Assembly (NCBI RefSeq): GCF_002075285.3
Contig: NZ_CP021983.2
Span: 90,001-122,000, forward strand
Source of the DNA: Halomicronema hongdechloris C2206
GTDB taxonomy: Bacteria > Cyanobacteriota > Cyanobacteriia > Phormidesmidales > Phormidesmidaceae
DNA: 32,000 nucleotides
Reading direction: 5' to 3'
Shown here: piece after piece, positions 8,774-15,394 of the stretch
How the letters are laid out: each line of letters opens with the position of its first letter
How positions within the stretch are numbered: position 1 is the first letter of the stretch
Notes under the pieces: generated by a model
What the model saw: the letters and a program-made list of their open reading frames with translations, nothing else
Database searches by the model: none
Told to the model about the DNA's origin: nothing
Program-made: the position numbers and the translations under genes

Positions 8774-9319
8774 ATGGAACATCGCGGTGTCACCATCTGG
8801 TTTACAGGATTGAGCGGGGCTGGGAAATCCACCATTACCCAAGCCCTAGAGACAAAACTGCGGCAACGTCAATGCAAACTAGAAGTGCTGGACGGGGATA
8901 TCGTCCGCACCAACCTCACCAAAGGCTTGGGCTTCAGCAAGGAAGACCGGGATGAGAACATCCGCCGTATCGGCTTCGTCTCTCACCTACTCACCCGCAA
9001 TGGGGTAATTGTACTGGTATCCGCCATTTCTCCCTATCGAGCCATTCGGGACGAAGTGCGGCAGCGCATCGGCGACTTCATGGAAGTGTACGTCAGTGCT
9101 CCCCTAGAGGTCTGTGAGAATCGCGACGTGAAGGGCCTCTACAAGCGAGCCCGAGCCGGTGAAATCAAGCAGTTCACCGGCATCGATGACCCCTACGAGC
9201 CCCCCCTCAACCCTGAGGTCAACTGTGAAACCCACAACGAGACCCTAGAGGAAAGCGTCAATAAGGTCCTAGCCAAGCTGGAGGAGATGGGCTATTTGCC
9301 GACAGCGGTGACGGCGTGA
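8774..9319 (+). CDS. cysC: adenylyl-sulfate (APS) kinase
   Basis: [17 protein letters not shown] (P-loop), LDGDIVR and [19 protein letters not shown]. Confidence 0.93.
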   Translation: MEHRGVTIWFTGLSGAGKSTITQALETKLRQRQCKLEVLDGDIVRTNLTKGLGFSKEDRDENIRRIGFVSHLLTRNGVIVLVSAISPYRAIRDEVRQRIGDFMEVYVSAPLEVCENRDVKGLYKRARAGEIKQFTGIDDPYEPPLNPEVNCETHNETLEESVNKVLAKLEEMGYLPTAVTA

Positions 9320-9347
9320 TTAAGGCGATGGAGTACTGAAGGTGATG

Positions 9348-9431
9348 GAGTGAATTGAGTATTGAGTGGCGAGTAGCAAGTAACGGGTCATAAGTTTCTG
9401 CATCACTCTTCACTCTTCACTAGTAACTCCC
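9348..9431. repeat. degenerate GAGTNNN heptamers in inverted orientation between convergent cysC and glpK
   Basis: Plus-strand units are gagtgaa(tt), gagtatt, gagtggc, gagtagc (9348-9377). Opposite-strand units are cactctt x2 and cactagt (9404-9424, reverse complement aagagtg). The two blocks are about 19-26 nt apart. Confidence 0.6.
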
Positions 9432-9445
9432 CCACTGCCATTCCC

Positions 9446-10960
9446 TCACTCTGCCCAATGCTTGGCCCGCTCCACGGCTTTTTGCCAGAAGGCGAAGTTG
9501 GCCTGGGCTTGGGCAGTCCCATCCCCGGGTTCAAACACCCGATCGGTGGGACGGTTGGTGACTAGGGCCCGATAGTCGTTCCAGAAGCCAACGGCTAAGC
9601 CAGCAGCGAAGGCGGCCCCCTGAGCTGTTACATCCAGCACGGTCGGGCGTTCTACGGGAATGCCCAGCGCATCGGCTTGGAATTGCATCAAAAAGTTGTT
9701 GCGGCAGGCCCCGCCGTCGACCACTAGTTGCTTGATCGGGGTGCCAGCATCTTGGTTGACGGCATCGACCACTTCTTTAACCTCGTAAGCAATGGCTTCT
9801 AGCACAGCCCGCACCATGTGTTCCCGCTGAGCGGCACTGGTGATGCCCAGGAAGGCGCCCCGGGCGCTCATATCCCAGTGGGGGGCTCCCAGGCCACTCA
9901 AGGCCGGCACAAAATAAAGGCCCCCGTTGTCAGAGACTTTCTCGGCTAAGGACTCGGTATCGGCGGCACTGGTGATGACGCGAATGCCATCCCGTAGCCA
10001 CTGGATGCAGGACCCGGCGGTGAACATGCTGCCTTCTAGGGCATAGCCGATATGGGGAGGTCCCTGATCTGTGGCCTCGGACCAGGCAATGGTAGTGAGC
10101 AATTGGTTTTGCGATCGCGCGATTTCATCCCCCGTGTGAGAGACCAAGAAAGCGCCGGTGCCATAGGTGCACTTGAGTAACCCCGGTCGATCACAACCAT
10201 GGCCATAGAGGGCCGCCTGCTGGTCGCCAAAGATAGCCATAATTGGGATCTCGGCCCCAGTGATGCCAGGATCGGTATGGCCAAACAAGCCTAGGCTGGG
10301 CCGAATAATCGGCATCATATGGGGAGGAATATTGAATAGGGCCAACAGAGACTCATCCCAATCCCCCGTCTCGATATTCAGCAGCATAGTGCGGCTGGCG
10401 TTACTGTGATCGGTGGCATGTACCTGTCGCCCGGTTAAATTCCATAACACCCAACTATCGACAGTACCGGCCAGCACCCGGTTAAAATCTACAGGCGGAT
10501 CAGTCTCTTCCTTAACCCGATCCAATAGCCAGGCCAACTTCGTCGCCGAAAAATAGGCATCTAGTACCAGACCCGTGCGTTGGGCAATTTCCTCCGCCTT
10601 GCCCATATCCCGCAATTGATTACACATGGGAGCCGTACGCCGGTCTTGCCAAACGATGGCATTCTGCAAAGGCCGTCCGGTATCACTGTCCCAGAGTAAA
10701 CAGGTTTCCCGTTGCACCGTCAACCCAATCGCCGCCAATTCACCAGGCTGGATTTCAGCATTGCCAATGGCCGCCCCAATGGCCCAATCGATGTCTTGCC
10801 AAATTTCCCGGGGATCGTGTTCGACCCAGCCCGGTTGAGGATAGTACTGAGTCAATTCCTTGTACGCCTGACCGGCGATGTTACCATCCCGGTCGAAGAT
10901 AATGGCCCGATTGCCAGTGGTGCCCAAATCGAGGGCCATGATGTAGTTAGCGGAGGTCAT
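9446..10960 (-). CDS. glpK: glycerol kinase
   Basis: 504 aa. ALDLGTTGNRAIIFD, GWVEHDPREIW, FGDQQAALYG and VDGGACRNNFLMQFQADALG. Confidence 0.95.
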   Translation of the reverse strand: MTSANYIMALDLGTTGNRAIIFDRDGNIAGQAYKELTQYYPQPGWVEHDPREIWQDIDWAIGAAIGNAEIQPGELAAIGLTVQRETCLLWDSDTGRPLQNAIVWQDRRTAPMCNQLRDMGKAEEIAQRTGLVLDAYFSATKLAWLLDRVKEETDPPVDFNRVLAGTVDSWVLWNLTGRQVHATDHSNASRTMLLNIETGDWDESLLALFNIPPHMMPIIRPSLGLFGHTDPGITGAEIPIMAIFGDQQAALYGHGCDRPGLLKCTYGTGAFLVSHTGDEIARSQNQLLTTIAWSEATDQGPPHIGYALEGSMFTAGSCIQWLRDGIRVITSAADTESLAEKVSDNGGLYFVPALSGLGAPHWDMSARGAFLGITSAAQREHMVRAVLEAIAYEVKEVVDAVNQDAGTPIKQLVVDGGACRNNFLMQFQADALGIPVERPTVLDVTAQGAAFAAGLAVGFWNDYRALVTNRPTDRVFEPGDGTAQAQANFAFWQKAVERAKHWAE

Positions 10961-11133
10961 CGCTGGTGCTTATGGTCACAATAGGAGGTGCGGCGAGTCC
11001 TCACTGCTGAGCGCAGACCACTGAATCACCCAGGACGATACAGCATCCCAACCTATTCGCGGTCCCTCTGCGGACCCACCCTCTTCCACTTATCGCAGAC
11101 GACCAGGCTGAATTACAAGCGATATCTATGGAA

Positions 11134-11913
11134 CTACAAGATCTGTGACAAGAACTGCTTGGTGCGACCTTCCTGAGGAGCCTTGAAGAATTCGTTCGGG
11201 GTATTCTCTTCAACCAGCATGCCTGCATCCATAAGTGCCACGCGGTCAGCGACTTCTCGGGCAAAGCCGACCTCGTGGGTAACACAGACCATAGTCATGC
11301 CGCTGCCAGCCAAATTACGCATCACATCCAGCACCTCCCGCACCATTTCCGGATCCAGGGCAGAGGTGGGTTCATCGAAGAGCATGATCTTAGGCTGCAT
11401 GGCTAGAGATCTGGCGATGGCGACTCGCTGCTGTTGTCCCCCCGAGAGCTGCCCTGGAAATTTATGGGCCTGTTCTAAAATGCCAACTCGATCCAACAGT
11501 TGCATCGCCACATCTTGAGCCTTGGCCTTAGGCCAGCGCCGCACCCATATAGGAGCTAAGGTGACGTTTTGCAAAACGGTTAGGTGGGGAAACAGATTGA
11601 ATTGCTGGAATACCATGCCCACTTCCCGGCGAATGGCCTCGATGTTCTTCAGGTCGTGGGAGAGGAAGATGCCGTCTATTGCAATGGCCCCCTTTTGATA
11701 GGCCTCTAAGGCATTGAAGGTGCGAATAAAGGTAGACTTACCGGAGCCAGATGGCCCCATGATGACTACCACTTCCCCTCGGTTAACCGTTAGAGTCACG
11801 CCCTTGAGCACGTGAAAACCGTTGTCGTACCACTTCTCGACGTTACGGGCGACGATCATGGGATGAGCCTCTCGGGACTCAACAGTCGCTGACTCTGTCT
11901 GGAACTGGGCCAT
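11134..11913 (-). CDS. polar amino-acid ABC transporter ATP-binding protein (GlnQ/BgtA-like)
   Basis: Walker [10 protein letters not shown], signature [16 protein letters not shown], Walker [14 protein letters not shown]-loop VCVTHE. An alternative ATG start at 11859 ([11 protein letters not shown]) is equally plausible. Confidence 0.9.
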   Translation of the reverse strand: MAQFQTESATVESREAHPMIVARNVEKWYDNGFHVLKGVTLTVNRGEVVVIMGPSGSGKSTFIRTFNALEAYQKGAIAIDGIFLSHDLKNIEAIRREVGMVFQQFNLFPHLTVLQNVTLAPIWVRRWPKAKAQDVAMQLLDRVGILEQAHKFPGQLSGGQQQRVAIARSLAMQPKIMLFDEPTSALDPEMVREVLDVMRNLAGSGMTMVCVTHEVGFAREVADRVALMDAGMLVEENTPNEFFKAPQEGRTKQFLSQIL

Positions 11914-12337
11914 TAACGTGCGCTCTCTACCGACTCTTCGTGACTGCTATAGAATGGGATAGCAGGGAAGTCACCTGTTGGCCACTGCTAGGGCCAGTCT
12001 CCTCCCATTCTGCCTCAGCATAGGTGACTTCAGCGAGGTAGGACTGTTAACTGTTACACGGCGGACTCAATCAGAGGTGATTGACAAGCCGCCTAAACAG
12101 TAGTCAGAGCAAGGTTTTCAGAAACACCGCGAACACTCCTGCAAGATCGCTAGAAGCCTTGAGAACACTTGCCTTGACGGCTCTTTAAGATTTCCTTTGC
12201 CAATGAGCTCTCAGTAGGCTTGGGAAGCGGCTTGCCCTGTATGTTTTCAGACCAGCTACCCCCTAGCATCGGCCATATCCCTTGGGTCACAGGCAAAGCG
12301 ACCCCAAGAGTAAGGAGTATCGACGTTCCAGGAACTC

Positions 12338-13417
12338 CTAGCTCTTGGGAACTAACGCTAGGGCCTGCTGCACCACCTCTGGACCGGCACCTGGTTTGCA
12401 GCTGTACTTACTCAGGTGGCGTTTCCAGGCACGACTGCCGGGTTGGCCAGCGAATAGCATCAGCATATGGCGAGTAATTTTGTGAAGCTTGAGTCCTTGC
12501 CCAGTCCAATGGTCAATATAGGGCAGCATTGCCGTGACCACCTGATGGCGGCTGGGTGGTAGCTGGGATGGAGTGAAGAGATCTTGTTCCAACTGGGCAA
12601 ACAAGTAGGGATTGTCATAGGCGGCCCGACCGATCATGACCGCATCAACCCACTGTAAGTGCTGATGGACTTGCTCTGGGGAGCGAATGCCGCCGTTGAT
12701 TTCAATCTGCAACTGGGGAAAGTCTTGCTTGAGACGATAGATATCACCGTAGCGGAGGGGGGGCACGTCTCGGTTTTCTTTGGGACTCAGTCCCTGTAAC
12801 CAGGCCTTGCGAGCATGGACGCTGAAATGGCGGCACCCGGTCTCGGCCACCACTTGCACAAAGTGGGCCATGTCTTCATAGCGGTCGAGGTGATCGATGC
12901 CGATACGGTGTTTGACGCTGACGGGTAGAGGCGAGGCCACCATCATGGCGGTGACGCAGTCGGCTACCTGTTGGGGGTGAGCCATCAGGCAGGCACCAAA
13001 GTTGCCGCTTTGCACCCGATCGCTGGGGCAACCAACATTGAGATTAATCCCGTCGTATCCCCAGTCGGCGGCAATGCGAGCACACTCAGCCAGTAGGGCC
13101 GGGTCATCGCCGCCGATCTGCAGGATCAAGGGTTTTTCGGCCGGGGAAAAGCCTAATAGAGTGTCCCGATGGCCATGATAGATTGCTGGGGCCGTCACCA
13201 TCTCGGTGTAGAGCAGGGTATGTCGGGTGATCTGCCGCATGAAGTAGCGATAGTGGCGATCAGTGCGATCCATCATGGGCGCAATGCTCAGGGGATAACC
13301 CCTGGGGGCCGTCTGTAGCTCCCTATTTAGGGTGTCAATGGTTGTGGCCGGTATCCCGGGCATGGGTCGTTGGTGTATCTCGGCTAATACTCTAGGGTAG
13401 CAAGCCAACCCAGGCAT
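12338..13417 (-). CDS. dusA: tRNA-dihydrouridine(20/20a) synthase
   Basis: LSIAPMMDRTDRHYRYFMRQITRHTLLYTEMV, INLNVGCPSDRVQSGNFGACLM and HARKAWLQGLSPKENRDVPPLRY closely parallel E. coli DusA. Alternative start ATG at 13363. Confidence 0.9.
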   Translation of the reverse strand: MPGLACYPRVLAEIHQRPMPGIPATTIDTLNRELQTAPRGYPLSIAPMMDRTDRHYRYFMRQITRHTLLYTEMVTAPAIYHGHRDTLLGFSPAEKPLILQIGGDDPALLAECARIAADWGYDGINLNVGCPSDRVQSGNFGACLMAHPQQVADCVTAMMVASPLPVSVKHRIGIDHLDRYEDMAHFVQVVAETGCRHFSVHARKAWLQGLSPKENRDVPPLRYGDIYRLKQDFPQLQIEINGGIRSPEQVHQHLQWVDAVMIGRAAYDNPYLFAQLEQDLFTPSQLPPSRHQVVTAMLPYIDHWTGQGLKLHKITRHMLMLFAGQPGSRAWKRHLSKYSCKPGAGPEVVQQALALVPKS

Positions 13418-13531
13418 ACCGGCTGCATCGATGCAGGCGTCAGCCAGTGACAGATTGCGTTTTATTGAAGAGATTGGGGGGATCCGGGCAGATCTTTTAG
13501 AATTGCCAGTATTCTATCGGGGGCATGGTCT

Positions 13532-15376
13532 ATGGGTAACATGGGCACCGGTTGGACGCCAGATCAAATTGATTTCCAGGATTACACACTCCGTCACAAC
13601 AAGATCCATGCCCTGGTGAAGCAGATTCAGACTTTTCGCCGCTGTGTTGAACTGCTTGAATCCTTTGAAACGTTTCTCAATAAATTACCGGATGCCCAGA
13701 GTGCACCTGGATTCTTGGGGTGGTTGCTGGGCAATAGTCCCGGAGCCCTGGGTAAACAGGCATTGTTGGAAACCAGCACAGGGCTGCGGCAGGATCTGGA
13801 GATCATCCTGCAGGACATGGTCTCTGGCATTGATCTAATTGTGGCGGAGCCAGTTCTAGATAGCCCGAGTGATCTTGACCGCTTACGACCATTGCCGCCG
13901 CCCTTATCACTGGCGGTACTAGAGGCCTTACAGGATTGCGATATTGTGACGTCGTCAGACGGTGGACAGGGGTCTCGCGATTATCAGGATGCGGGGTTAC
14001 GGTCGATTCGCCACGTACTCGGTCACCTGACGCCCTTGGGACAGTATGGCCAATCGCAGCAGCTGAAATCAGCAATGGTCGACCTGGTGAAGCAGGGACA
14101 ACCGCAGGCTGCGGCTGAGTCCCCTCGACCGGAGAATGTGATCCGCATCAATCCCGACACCATGTATGACTTGCAGGTGAACCCTGCCAGCCGAGCGAGT
14201 CTGCGGCTGCCCCTGACCATGGCCCTGGTGGATGAGCTCAAAGGCCCCCAGGAGCAGTATTACGTGTTGCCCAGCATTGTCGATCTGAGCTATTGGTGTG
14301 GGGCGGTGAAACAGCAGGGAAGCCGCAATAGCTGCACCAGCCATGCGATCGCATCCTTGATCGAATACTTTCAGACCAAGAGCTTTGGCAAGGCCTCCAC
14401 TTCATCGGTGCGCTTTCTCTACAAGGTCACCCGCCGCCTGGGCGAGCTGAGTCAACCACAGCGGCAATACCTACAGGGACTGCTGCGGGATGGTGTCGCC
14501 GAAAAATCCGATGACCAGGCCTTTTCGGCGTTCATGGATACCATCACTGCCTTCAATACCGATGACCACACCCGGGTACAGGAGATTCAGAAGCGGGTGG
14601 CCGACGGGCAGGTTCAGGCCTTCGTCGACCATGCCTTTGACGGCGGCGCGTCCATTCGCCAGACCCTGAAGGCCATGCGACTATTCGGCCTGCCCCCGGG
14701 AAAATACTGGCCCTATACCGTTGAATTTCCCGATTTCGATGAAGAACCACCCCAATTTTGCTATGCCTTTGCCCAAAATTACCAGGCCGTGAAGTATTTT
14801 CGCCTGGACTACTTTGGCGACACGGCTCAGCCCTCGGGTTCAGGAGAGTATGGAGAGGCACCCGCCCCCGAGGCCTCTCCGCAATCGGTGGCAGGACGTG
14901 TCGTACTGACCCAGATCAAGGCGGTGCTGGCCGCCGGCTTTCCGGCAGTGTTTGGGTTCCCCTATGATGCCGCCAATGATCATCCCTATCCTGCCGCCGA
15001 TGGCAGCCAGGCCCCGATCAATTCCTCCAATGGCATGATTAAACTTCCCGAGGATCTCGACACCTTCAAGCGCACCCTGCGGGAAATGCGCCAGGGCAGT
15101 CAGGATGCCATGACCGTGTCCTCACAAACGGCTATTCGTGGCCACGCGGTGATGGCTGTGGGCTATGACGATGCTCGGGAAGCGTTTCTGATCCAAAATT
15201 CCTGGGGCACTGAATGGGGCAACCAGGGCTATGGCTGGCTGGCCTACGACTATGTGCTGCACGGACTGGCGACAGATTGGTGGTCGTTGCTCAATGCCGA
15301 ATGGGTGGAGGCGGGGCAGTTTGGCCTCGACGCGAAATTGGGCGGTACCCAGCAAGTTCCCAAAGCTTTTGGGTAA
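13532..15376 (+). CDS. cytoplasmic papain-like (C1A) cysteine peptidase with an uncharacterised ~245-aa N-terminal region
   Basis: VLPSIVDLSYWCGAVKQQGSRNSCTSHA gives the mature-end LP.S.D motif, oxyanion Gln262 and catalytic Cys268 (tgc 14333-14335). GGASIRQTLKAM...YWPY follows. RGHAVMAVGYDD carries His538 (cac 15143-15145), and IQNSWGTEWGNQGYGW carries Asn556 and the Trp. There is no N-terminal signal peptide. Confidence 0.8.
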   Translation: MGNMGTGWTPDQIDFQDYTLRHNKIHALVKQIQTFRRCVELLESFETFLNKLPDAQSAPGFLGWLLGNSPGALGKQALLETSTGLRQDLEIILQDMVSGIDLIVAEPVLDSPSDLDRLRPLPPPLSLAVLEALQDCDIVTSSDGGQGSRDYQDAGLRSIRHVLGHLTPLGQYGQSQQLKSAMVDLVKQGQPQAAAESPRPENVIRINPDTMYDLQVNPASRASLRLPLTMALVDELKGPQEQYYVLPSIVDLSYWCGAVKQQGSRNSCTSHAIASLIEYFQTKSFGKASTSSVRFLYKVTRRLGELSQPQRQYLQGLLRDGVAEKSDDQAFSAFMDTITAFNTDDHTRVQEIQKRVADGQVQAFVDHAFDGGASIRQTLKAMRLFGLPPGKYWPYTVEFPDFDEEPPQFCYAFAQNYQAVKYFRLDYFGDTAQPSGSGEYGEAPAPEASPQSVAGRVVLTQIKAVLAAGFPAVFGFPYDAANDHPYPAADGSQAPINSSNGMIKLPEDLDTFKRTLREMRQGSQDAMTVSSQTAIRGHAVMAVGYDDAREAFLIQNSWGTEWGNQGYGWLAYDYVLHGLATDWWSLLNAEWVEAGQFGLDAKLGGTQQVPKAFG

Positions 15377-15394
15377 TGATGTCGCCGACTGTCT

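Noticed and set aside
13431-13619. 62-aa ORF overlapping the start of the peptidase gene in another frame; possible upstream ORF, or evidence of a frameshifted longer N-terminus.
   Set aside because: It has no recognisable motif and sits in the divergent dusA/peptidase promoter region. I cannot distinguish it from chance, so I mention it only as a caveat on the peptidase start.
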